Below are positions 1 to 8,266 of a stretch of 64,000 nucleotides of DNA, in pieces. Numbering within the stretch: position 1 is the stretch's first letter; the number at the start of each line of letters is the position of its first letter. The translations under genes were made by a program, and so were the position numbers. Origin of the DNA: an uncultured Woeseiaceae bacterium (GTDB taxonomy: Bacteria; Pseudomonadota; Gammaproteobacteria; Steroidobacterales; Woeseiaceae); the NCBI GenBank assembly GCA_964428605.1, contig CAYRZI010000003.1, positions 173 through 64,172 of the forward strand. Direction: 5' to 3'. The notes below the pieces were generated by a model. The model worked only from the letters and a program-made list of their open reading frames with translations. It made no database searches and was not told where the DNA came from.

Positions 1-1185
1 CCGGTCGCCCAGGCTGCGTGTGCCCTCCGGCGCCAGCACGATGGACAGCCCGCCGTTCAGCGCCTCCACCGCCGGGCGCATGGCCTCGATGGCCTTCTCG
101 GTATTGGCGCGGTCCACGAAGACGGTCTCGGTGGCCCACATCAGCGGGCCCAGTATCGGGTTGCTGCGGAGTTCCTTCTTGGCGATGCCGGTGAAGTCCT
201 GCCGCAGCAGCTTCGCCAGAATGACCATGTCCGCCCCGCTCTGGTGATTGAACACGAACACCGCCGGCCGGTGCGACCAGAGGTGCTGGGCGCCCGTCAC
301 CTGCAGGTCGAGTCCCGCGAGCGCACTCGCGAAATCGCCGAAGGTGGCGATGGCCAGGTTGGCGGCGTCGCGCCGGGAGCGGTTGAGCGCGAGCACGGGG
401 ACGCTCGCCAGCGCCGAGGAGACGAGTGCGCCCCAGGCGAGGCCGGTGCCGAGCAGCTCGCGCACCCCGGGCAGCCCCCGGCTGCGGAAGCGCCGGATGG
501 GCCAGCCCTGCTCCCTGGCGATCTCCTCCAGGTCGCCGTCCGGGTTCAGTGGCCGCGGGTAGCCGACGTGTTCCAGCAGGGGCACGTCCTCGGCCCCGTC
601 CGTGTAGAAGAAGCTGTTCGCGAGCCTGAGATCCCGCTCCTCCAGGAACTCCCGTGCGGCGTCGAGCTTGCCCGCACCGTAGGTGATGGGCTCGACCAGC
701 CGGCCGGTGAACCGACCCTCCTCCACCTCGAAGCGGGTACACAGCACGTGCTCGATCTCGAGCTCCTCGGCCACCGGATTCACCTGGTAGGGCGTGGCCG
801 AGGACAGCACGACCACCGTATGGCCCTTGCGCTGGTGGGCCCGCACCAGCGCCCGGGATTCCGGGTAGATGGCGCCGCTCACGTACTTGCGGAACGTCTC
901 CCGGCCCAGGCGCACGAAAGACGTCTCCTCCACGCCCTCCAGCGTGCGCGTGGCCGCCTTGAGCATGGCGGGGAATTCCCGGCTGCGGAAACCCTGGCCG
1001 ATGAAGGAGACGAACTGCACCAGCGCCTGGCGGGGCTTGAGCTCACCCGAGGCGAGGCGCTCGCGCATCATCGAGGTCACCGAGAAACCGGACAGCAGCG
1101 TGCCGTCCAGGTCGAAGAAGGCGACGACCTCCGGGCCCTCCGGCATTTCGTCGACTTCTCGGGTGACATCGGCGTAGAGCTTCAT
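1..1185 (-). CDS. HAD-IB phosphatase / PlsC-type acyltransferase fusion (runs off window start)
   Basis: Manual translation: MKLYADVTREVDEMPEGPEVVAFFDLDGTLL (HAD motif I), VFNHQSGAD (acyltransferase HxxxxD), APEGTRS. Not in the ORF track because it has no stop in the window. Confidence 0.88.
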   Translation of the reverse strand, partial: MKLYADVTREVDEMPEGPEVVAFFDLDGTLLSGFSVTSMMRERLASGELKPRQALVQFVSFIGQGFRSREFPAMLKAATRTLEGVEETSFVRLGRETFRKYVSGAIYPESRALVRAHQRKGHTVVVLSSATPYQVNPVAEELEIEHVLCTRFEVEEGRFTGRLVEPITYGAGKLDAAREFLEERDLRLANSFFYTDGAEDVPLLEHVGYPRPLNPDGDLEEIAREQGWPIRRFRSRGLPGVRELLGTGLAWGALVSSALASVPVLALNRSRRDAANLAIATFGDFASALAGLDLQVTGAQHLWSHRPAVFVFNHQSGADMVILAKLLRQDFTGIAKKELRSNPILGPLMWATETVFVDRANTEKAIEAMRPAVEALNGGLSIVLAPEGTRSLGDR

Positions 1186-1276
1186 CGCGGGTATCCGTGT
1201 TGGGGCAGGCGGGCGCCGTCTATCATGCAGTGAATGCCCGCAAAAATCAGCCTGGCCCGACCGGAAGGCGATCTGC

Positions 1277-2029
1277 TCAGCGCGAAGGCAGCGCCACCCG
1301 CCGCGGCGGCGGCCCGAATTGCCCGATCCAGCGGCCGAACACCCGCCGGCTCTGCCCCTGCAGGGCATCGATGAGCGATGGCGTCTGCCGGCGGACGGCC
1401 TCGGGGTCCACCCGGCCTTGCAGGCGCTCCAGCAGCCGGCGATTGACGGGGACCGTGAGCCAGCGCTCGATGAGCGGCTGATCCACCTCCAGGTGGAACT
1501 GCAGGCCCAGCGCCAGGTCGCCGTGTCGGAAGGCCTGGTTGCCGCACAGGTCGGATTCGGCGAGATGGCTCGCGCCCGGCGGCAGCTCGAAGCGGTCGCC
1601 GTGCCAGTGGAACAGGGGCGACGGCGCATCCAGGGCCGAGAGCACCGGGTCGGCCGCGCCCTCGGTGGTGACCCGCACCTCGTGCCAGCCGATCTCGTGC
1701 TCTCCGTTGGCAACGACCGCCCCGCCCAGCGCCTTCGCCAGCAGCTGGGCGCCGAGGCAGATACCGAGCACGTGACGACCACGGTCCAGCGCTTCCCGGA
1801 TCAGCTCGACCTCGGTGGCCAGATTGGGGTAGGCCTCCGTCTCGTCCACGTTCATCGGGCCGCCCAGGACGATGAGCGCGTCGTAGCCGTCCAGCCGGGG
1901 TCGCTGCGCCGGGTCGCGGCTGAAGTTCACGTAGCGGATGCGGAACCCGTGCTCCTTCAGCAGCGGGTCGAGGGTGCCCAGCGGTTCGAAGGGCACGTGC
2001 TGGAAGACGAGGACCTTTGGGCGCGCCAT
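1277..2029 (-). CDS. Type 1 glutamine amidotransferase (GMP-synthase-like GATase)
   Basis: VLGGPMNV, GICLGAQ nucleophile elbow, QFHLE. Start taken at MARPKV. Confidence 0.9.
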   Translation of the reverse strand: MARPKVLVFQHVPFEPLGTLDPLLKEHGFRIRYVNFSRDPAQRPRLDGYDALIVLGGPMNVDETEAYPNLATEVELIREALDRGRHVLGICLGAQLLAKALGGAVVANGEHEIGWHEVRVTTEGAADPVLSALDAPSPLFHWHGDRFELPPGASHLAESDLCGNQAFRHGDLALGLQFHLEVDQPLIERWLTVPVNRRLLERLQGRVDPEAVRRQTPSLIDALQGQSRRVFGRWIGQFGPPPRRVALPSR

Positions 2030-2162
2030 CGATGACTCCTGTGACTCCTGATCCGATCGGCGGCTGGCGGCGAATAACCCGCCCGAGCCAGCCAGACTCA
2101 CGTGCACTATCCTTGTGGTCACGACCGCTCACCAGAATCCGGGGTTCCGGGAGGAGACCGGC

Positions 2163-2756
2163 ATGCAAAAGCTCGCCATTGTAATACTGCTTGTCATCGC
2201 CGTCCTGATCGCGCTGCTGGCCTGGGTCATCCGCAGCGCAGAGGTGGATTCCGCGGCCGATCAGGTGGCGGCCTACGAGGCCGCGCTGGCCCGCACGGAG
2301 GGGCTCGGCCCAGCACCGGGCAGTGAGGCGGAGGCCGCGGCCATCGAACGGGTACGGGAGTTCTTCGCCGACGTCACCCCGGAGCGGGTGCAGCGCATGG
2401 CGCCTGCGGTCTATGCCCCGGACGCGTTCTTCAACGACACGCTGAAGACCCTGCGCGGCGCCGACGCCATCGGCGAGTATTTCCTGGACACGGCCTGGAA
2501 TGCCGGCTCCGTGCAGGTGGAGTTCCACGACATCAGCCGCAGCGGCGACGATTTCTACTTCCGCTGGCGCATGACCATGCGCATCGGCGCGCTGGCCGGC
2601 GGTGAGCCTCTGGTCTCCTGGGGCACCACCCACTTTCGTTTCGACGACCAGGGCCGCGTGCTGGTGCATCAGGACTTCTGGGACTCCGCCGGCGGATTCT
2701 ATGAGCACCTGCCGGTGGTCGGCGGCCTGCTGCGGGCCGTCCGCGCGCGGCTCTGA
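2163..2756 (+). CDS. NTF2/SnoaL-like protein with N-terminal membrane anchor
   Basis: VYAPDAFFND..RG, RWRMTM, HQDFWD pattern; GAGGAG SD before the ATG. Confidence 0.8.
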   Translation: MQKLAIVILLVIAVLIALLAWVIRSAEVDSAADQVAAYEAALARTEGLGPAPGSEAEAAAIERVREFFADVTPERVQRMAPAVYAPDAFFNDTLKTLRGADAIGEYFLDTAWNAGSVQVEFHDISRSGDDFYFRWRMTMRIGALAGGEPLVSWGTTHFRFDDQGRVLVHQDFWDSAGGFYEHLPVVGGLLRAVRARL

Positions 2757-2936
2757 CGCTGCCGGGCCGGTCGTCCCGCGGTCTGCTTGCATGACGGCGA
2801 GACTGCGTCTAGAGTCGAAGCGTGTGTCACTCGCGCCGGCCGAGATGAAACTTCGGACGGCCGCGCGGGTCCACAAACGAATCATGGTACCCGAGCCTAC
2901 GGGATACTCCGGCCCCTGCGGCCGTTGGAGCATTGC

Positions 2937-3689
2937 TTGACCGGGAGACTCTCCGCCACTGTCGCAGTCGTCCTGGCGGCCCTTGCGTTAGCGGGCTGTT
3001 CGAATCAGGTCGCGCTCAGAAAACCCACCCTGCCCGATCCCCTGCTGAACCAGCTGCCGCTGAAGGTGGCCGTGCGCTACTCGCCGGAGATGTCGAACTA
3101 CGTCCACGAGGAGGAGGTGCTGGGGCGCCAGAAATGGACCATCAACCTGGGCGAGGCGAACAAGCTCGCATTCCGGCACCTGTTCGGCTCGATGTTCAGC
3201 GAGGTCGTTGAGGTCGATGCAGAGACGGACGTCGAGGCGGTGGGCGCCGATGCCCTCATCGAGGCGAGTATCGAGGCATTCGAATTCGCCCTGCCCGCCC
3301 AGAGCCGCTCGGATGCCTACACCATCTGGATCCGCTACCGCCTGCGCATCTTCGACGCCGAGGGCACCGAGATCTCCAACTGGCCCATCGCTGCCTACGG
3401 CAAGGCCGGCTCCGAGGGTATATTCAGCGCCGACGAGGCGCTGGCCCGCGCCGCCGTACTGGCCATGCGGGATGCGGCCGCCATGATCGGCCTGCGCTTC
3501 GCCCGCGAGACCGGACTCGGCGACCCGGGCGGCAATGCCGTCCCCGCCGGCGGCGGCGAGGAGTCAGAGGAGCTCCTGAACGCGCGCACGGAGGGCGAAC
3601 CGGTGGTCGCGGAGCCGGCGGACGTGGCAGCCAACACGACTAATACGGGCAATACGGCCCAGGGAAACTTCGCTGATGACCGAGGCTAG
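2937..3689 (+). CDS. Hypothetical lipoprotein
   Basis: Lipobox LALAGC; TTG start with GGAG upstream; start uncertain. Confidence 0.65.
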   Translation: MTGRLSATVAVVLAALALAGCSNQVALRKPTLPDPLLNQLPLKVAVRYSPEMSNYVHEEEVLGRQKWTINLGEANKLAFRHLFGSMFSEVVEVDAETDVEAVGADALIEASIEAFEFALPAQSRSDAYTIWIRYRLRIFDAEGTEISNWPIAAYGKAGSEGIFSADEALARAAVLAMRDAAAMIGLRFARETGLGDPGGNAVPAGGGEESEELLNARTEGEPVVAEPADVAANTTNTGNTAQGNFADDRG

Positions 3690-4383
3690 GAGCCAGGCGG
3701 CCGGACGCACGGGCCCGGGCCGCACGCTGGTGCTGGGCATTGCGGGCATGGCCGTCCTGCTGGGCGGATGCGTGACGGCCCGGCTGGAACAGGAGAAGAG
3801 CGCCGCCACCGGCATCATGGACGGTGAGGCGGTGGTGGTGATGGCGCGCAGTTATCACCTGGGCAACGAGACGGAACGCGGCTTCACGGACTGCGTGGGC
3901 AACGCGCTGGGCAACGGCCGCGAGGGCCTCGCCGTGATGCCGGACGAGCAGTTCGTGGACGCGCTGTTCCCCTGGCTCGAGCCCCGCACGGCACCCGCCG
4001 AGACCAAGGCGCTGCAGCGCTTCATGCAACGTCCCGGCGTGCGTGACCGCATCCGCGACAGCGGCGTGCGCTACATCGTCTGGCTGGATGGCGACACCGA
4101 GCGCACCGGCGGGGGCGGCAGCCTGTCCTGCGCCGCAGGCCCTGGCGGCGGCGGCTGCTTCGGCTTCGCCTGGTGGGAGAACGAGGCCAACTACGAGGCC
4201 TCCATCTGGGACCTGAAGGAGCTGAAGTCCGCGGGCTCGGTCAAGGCGGACGTGTCCGGCACGTCCTATCTGCCCGCCATCGTCATCCCCGTGCCGCTCA
4301 TCGCGCGCACCAAGACCGCGGCCTGCAAGAACCTCGCCGACCGCCTGCGCACCTTCATTGCCGATACCGGAACCACCGGCTGA
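3676..4383 (+). CDS. Hypothetical lipoprotein with Gly/Cys-rich loop
   Basis: Lipobox LLGGC; GGGGSLSCAAGPGGGGCFGFAWW; overlaps the upstream gene. Confidence 0.75.
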   Translation: MTEARSQAAGRTGPGRTLVLGIAGMAVLLGGCVTARLEQEKSAATGIMDGEAVVVMARSYHLGNETERGFTDCVGNALGNGREGLAVMPDEQFVDALFPWLEPRTAPAETKALQRFMQRPGVRDRIRDSGVRYIVWLDGDTERTGGGGSLSCAAGPGGGGCFGFAWWENEANYEASIWDLKELKSAGSVKADVSGTSYLPAIVIPVPLIARTKTAACKNLADRLRTFIADTGTTG

Positions 4384-4425
4384 GCCTGACGACTGCATCC
4401 GGAAGACCGCCTGCGCCGAACAGCA

Positions 4426-4983
4426 GTGCCGTTATCGGATGATGCCGGATTTCGCCTCGTGCTGATCAATTTCCTGTTTTTCAACGCGTGCTGGTTCGCG
4501 CTGGTGCTGGGTGCCGCGAACGGCATCGTCTGGCCCGGCATGCTGCTCGCAGGCGCATTTCTCGCCTGGGAGTTCTCCCGCCAGTCCTCCCGGGGCCGCT
4601 TGCTCGTGCTCTGCCTCGCCGCCGTGTCACTCGGCCTGGTGGTCGACGGCAGCTTCGTGGCCCTGGGCGTGCTGGACTACGCCACGCCCTGGGGCCCACT
4701 GGCGCCGGCCTGGATACTGACGCTGTGGGTGGCGTTCGCACTGACACTGCGCGGCTGCCTGTCCTGGCTGCAGGGCCGCTACCGGCTGGCTGCATTGTTC
4801 GGCGCCGTTGGCCAGCCGCTGTCGTTTACAGCAGGCACGAAGCTCGGCGCGGCCGCCTTCCCGGGCGAGACCGGGCTCCTCATCCTGGGCGCGGTCTGGG
4901 CCGTGGTGACACCGCTGCTGGTCTGGTTCGCCCACGCCGCGCCGCTGCCCGCGCTGCTGCGCAGCGCCGACGAGGCCGCCTGA
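4426..4983 (+). CDS. DUF2878-family membrane protein
   Basis: LINFLFFNACWF, APAWILTLWVAFALTLRGCLSWL; coupled by TGATG to the methyltransferase. Confidence 0.8.
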   Translation: MPLSDDAGFRLVLINFLFFNACWFALVLGAANGIVWPGMLLAGAFLAWEFSRQSSRGRLLVLCLAAVSLGLVVDGSFVALGVLDYATPWGPLAPAWILTLWVAFALTLRGCLSWLQGRYRLAALFGAVGQPLSFTAGTKLGAAAFPGETGLLILGAVWAVVTPLLVWFAHAAPLPALLRSADEAA

Positions 4984-6017
4984 TGGCCGGGCCGATCGAG
5001 TGGGCCGAGCGTGGCCTGGTGCCCGATTCTCTCATCCGCGTGGGCATCCGCCAGCGGCTGTCGAGGCAGCTGGCCAAGGAACGCCTGACCGACGCCGACC
5101 TCCAGGATGCGCGCTTCCGGCTGCGTATCTCAGAACTCTCCGAGGGCCCGGTGGCGGTACACACCGACGCCGCCAACGAGCAGCACTACGAGGTACCGCC
5201 GGAGTTCTTCCGGCTCTGCCTGGGCCGGCACCGCAAGTACAGCTGCGGCTACTGGGACGAGACCACGACCACGCTGGACGACTCCGAGGCGCGGATGCTC
5301 GCACTCACCGTCGAGCGCGCCCGACTGGAAGACGGCCAGCGCATCCTGGAGCTGGGCTGCGGCTGGGGCTCGCTGTCGCTGTGGATGGCGGAACACCTGC
5401 CGAAGGCGGAGATTCTCTGCGTCTCCAACTCGGCTCCCCAGCGCGAGACCATACTGGCGCTGGCCCGCGAGCGGGGACTCGGCAATCTCGACGTGATTAC
5501 CGCCGACATGCGCGAGTTCGACACCGCCGAGACCTTCGACCGCATCGTCTCCGTGGAGATGTTCGAGCACATGAGCAACTACCGGGAACTGATGCGGCGG
5601 GTGGCCGGGTGGCTGCGGGCCGGCGGGCAGCTGTTCGTCCATCATTTCTGCCATCGGGAGTTGCTCTACCCCTTCGAGGCCGAGGACGAGTCCAACTGGA
5701 TGGCACGCCATTTCTTCACCGGCGGCATCATGCCCTCGGCGGACACCCTGCTGCATTTCCAGCAGGAGCTGTGCCTGGAGGAGCGCTGGCTGGTGGGAGG
5801 CCGCCACTACGAGCGCACCTGCAATGCCTGGCTGGAGAAGCTCGACGCACACCGGGACGAGGCCCTGGCCATCCTCGGCGAGGACCTGGACGAGCGTGAA
5901 GCCCGCATCTGGCTGCAGCGCTGGCGCATCTTCTACATGGCCTGCGCCGAGCTGTTCGGCTACGCCGATGGCCGCCAGTGGCTGGTGGGCCATTACCGGT
6001 TCCGCCGCCCGGAATGA
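4983..6017 (+). CDS. SAM-dependent methyltransferase, cyclopropane-fatty-acyl-phospholipid synthase family
   Basis: ANEQHYEVP, KYSCGY, ILELGCGWGS, IVSVEMFEHM, FYMACAELFGY. Confidence 0.9.
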   Translation: MAGPIEWAERGLVPDSLIRVGIRQRLSRQLAKERLTDADLQDARFRLRISELSEGPVAVHTDAANEQHYEVPPEFFRLCLGRHRKYSCGYWDETTTTLDDSEARMLALTVERARLEDGQRILELGCGWGSLSLWMAEHLPKAEILCVSNSAPQRETILALARERGLGNLDVITADMREFDTAETFDRIVSVEMFEHMSNYRELMRRVAGWLRAGGQLFVHHFCHRELLYPFEAEDESNWMARHFFTGGIMPSADTLLHFQQELCLEERWLVGGRHYERTCNAWLEKLDAHRDEALAILGEDLDEREARIWLQRWRIFYMACAELFGYADGRQWLVGHYRFRRPE

Positions 6018-6019
6018 GG

Positions 6020-6041
6020 AACGGGCCCCGCAGGGCCCGTT
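6020..6041. terminator. Hairpin between convergent genes (probable terminator)
   Basis: AACGGGCCC-CGCA-GGGCCCGTT, a perfect 9-bp stem. Confidence 0.6.
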
Positions 6042-6062
6042 TGAAGAGCCGGCGGCAGGCGC

Positions 6063-6527
6063 TCAGCCGAGCGGTATGCGGATACGCTGGCCGGGATAGA
6101 TCTTGTCCGGGTCCTCGATGACCTCCCGGTTCGCCTCGAAGATACGCGGATACTGCATGGCATCCCCGTAGTACTGCCGTGCGATCTTGCCGAGCGTGTC
6201 GCCGGACCGGATCGTGTAGAACTCCACCGGCTCCTCGGCGGGCTCGGCCTGTTCCTCTCCGCTCCCTTCCGGAGGCCGGATCGTCATCTTGTTGGCGTAG
6301 ACGTCGATCACGCCCTCGACGTTGCCCGCGAGCAGCACGCACTTCTGCATGGCGGCGCCGGATTCGCACTCGCCGGACAGGCCGACGACGCCCTGGTCGA
6401 ACTCCACCTCGAGATTGCGAACGCCCGGGTTGTTCTGCAGGATCAGCTCCTTGATCTTCTCCGCGGCCTCCTCGTCCTTGTTGAAGATGCGGCGTCCGAT
6501 ATCCTTGGCGAAACCCAATAGATCCAT
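6063..6527 (-). CDS. kbp: BON-LysM protein, Kbp/YgaU (K+-binding) type
   Basis: MDLLGFAKDIGRRIF N-terminus, LLAGNVEGV BON domain, YTIRSGDTLGKIA..YPRIFEAN..DPDKIYPGQ LysM. Confidence 0.85.
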   Translation of the reverse strand: MDLLGFAKDIGRRIFNKDEEAAEKIKELILQNNPGVRNLEVEFDQGVVGLSGECESGAAMQKCVLLAGNVEGVIDVYANKMTIRPPEGSGEEQAEPAEEPVEFYTIRSGDTLGKIARQYYGDAMQYPRIFEANREVIEDPDKIYPGQRIRIPLG

Positions 6528-6592
6528 TTCATTCTCCTCGTTGCGCCGAACCCCGTGAACGGAGCCGGCGGTCAGCGGTCAACCCGCCGTAC

Positions 6593-6796
6593 TCAGCCCT
6601 TCAGCACGAAGGTAACCTTCATGTTGACGCGGTATTCCCTGATCCTGCCGTTATCGCAGATCACTTTCATGTCCTGGATCCAGGCACCCTCGACGTTGTC
6701 CAGGGTCTCGTTCGCCCGGGCTATGCCCTTCTCGATCGCATCCTCGAAGTTCTTGTCCGATGCAGCCGTGATCTCGGTAACTCTTGCTACGCTCAT
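6593..6796 (-). CDS. Dodecin-family protein
   Basis: MSVARVTEITAAS..FEDAIEKGI.RA..TL..AWIQDMKV..YRVNMKVTF; AAGGAG SD. Confidence 0.9.
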   Translation of the reverse strand: MSVARVTEITAASDKNFEDAIEKGIARANETLDNVEGAWIQDMKVICDNGRIREYRVNMKVTFVLKG

Positions 6797-6917
6797 TTTT
6801 TTCTCCTTCTGGCGAAACGGCGGCCCCGGCCCCGGCGGGATTACCGGGCCGCGGCGGCGGGGCGCGGCCCCGCCGGCTGCCCTGTGCGCTACCACCGTTT
6901 AGCGCATAATACGCAGA

Positions 6918-8180
6918 ATGCGCCGCATCTGCCTCACACTGCTGGCCTGCCTTGCGCTGGGCGCCTGCCGCGCCGGTGGCGAGGCGGCCGCCGCCCCGGC
7001 ACCGGAGGAACTCACCTACCGGCTGCACTACGAGCTGGCCCTCGAACCGTTGCAGGGGGTGGCGGTGGCCTCCGTCACCCTGGAACAATCGCGTCACCTG
7101 CTCCGCGAGGCCCGCTTCAGCCTCTCGGGGCGGCGCTGGACGGGGTTCACGGGCGACGGCGAGACAGAGCGACGCGACGGCAAGCTCGTCTGGCGCCCGC
7201 CCGAGAGCGGCGGCACCCTGCGCTGGCGGGTCGCCCTGGTCCACGCCCGCGGCGATGCCTACGACGCCAGGCTGGGGGCCGACTGGGCCGTCTTCCGCGG
7301 CGAGGACGCGTTCCCGGCCGCCGCCACCCGGACGCTGAAAGGCGCCGTCTCGCGCAGTACGTTCAGCATCGATACGCCCCCCGGCTGGTCCGTGGTCACA
7401 CCCTATGGCGAGGAGGACGGACGTTTCGTCGTCGCGAATCCGGAACGGCGTTTCGACCGGCCCACGGGCTGGATGGTGGCCGGCGACCTCGGCGTGCGCC
7501 GGGATACGATTGCGGGGGTTCGCGTGGCGGTGGCGGGCCCCGTGGACCAGGGTATCCGCCGCGTCGACCTCCTGGCACTGCTGAACTGGACACTGCCCGA
7601 GGTGGTGCGCCTGGTGCCGGCCTTTCCCGACCGCCTGACCGTGGTTTCCGCCGGCGATCCGATGTGGCGCGGCGCCCTGTCCGCGCCGGACTCGCTCTAC
7701 GTCCATGCCGACCGGCCGCTCATCAGCGAGAACGGCACCAGCACGCTGCTGCACGAGCTCATGCACATCGCACTGGGCCGCGACACCGCGCACGGCGACG
7801 ACTGGATACTGGAGGGGCTGGCCGAGTATTACAGCGTGGAGATCCTGCGGCGCACGGGGACGGTAACGCCGAAGCGCAGCCGCGCTACCCTGGCGGACCT
7901 GGCGCGCTGGGGCGAGGAATCCGGCGGCCTGCGCCGTCGTCATTCCACCGGCGCCACCACCGCGCGGGCGGCCGGCGTCTTCCGGGAGCTCGACGGCGAG
8001 ATCCGTGCGCGCACCGGCGGAGACGCCGGCCTGGACGACGTGCTCCGGCGCCTCGCCGAGGGTCGGGGCCGACTGGATCTCGACGAGCTCCGCACAGCGG
8101 CCGGTGCGGTCATCGGCGCGCCGTCCCGCGTGCTCGCCTCGAAGGAATTCCGGGCGGCACTGGGGGATTCTCCCGGGTGA
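6918..8180 (+). CDS. Lipoprotein zinc metallopeptidase (gluzincin, M61/M1-like)
   Basis: Lipobox ALGAC; LLHELMH followed by WILEGLAEYY. Confidence 0.7.
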   Translation: MRRICLTLLACLALGACRAGGEAAAAPAPEELTYRLHYELALEPLQGVAVASVTLEQSRHLLREARFSLSGRRWTGFTGDGETERRDGKLVWRPPESGGTLRWRVALVHARGDAYDARLGADWAVFRGEDAFPAAATRTLKGAVSRSTFSIDTPPGWSVVTPYGEEDGRFVVANPERRFDRPTGWMVAGDLGVRRDTIAGVRVAVAGPVDQGIRRVDLLALLNWTLPEVVRLVPAFPDRLTVVSAGDPMWRGALSAPDSLYVHADRPLISENGTSTLLHELMHIALGRDTAHGDDWILEGLAEYYSVEILRRTGTVTPKRSRATLADLARWGEESGGLRRRHSTGATTARAAGVFRELDGEIRARTGGDAGLDDVLRRLAEGRGRLDLDELRTAAGAVIGAPSRVLASKEFRAALGDSPG

Positions 8181-8266
8181 TTCGCGAAAGCGGCTGCGAG
8201 AGCGATCCGCTACCGCAGTAGAGAGGCGGCCGACACCGGCGCCGCGCCCGCGGCACGGGCGACGGA

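Noticed and set aside
6898-6928. dif-like GCGCATAA (also near 15191) and lone TTATGTCAA arms
   Set aside because: None has XerC and XerD arms paired across a 6-bp spacer. The CATAAT is better read as a -10 element.
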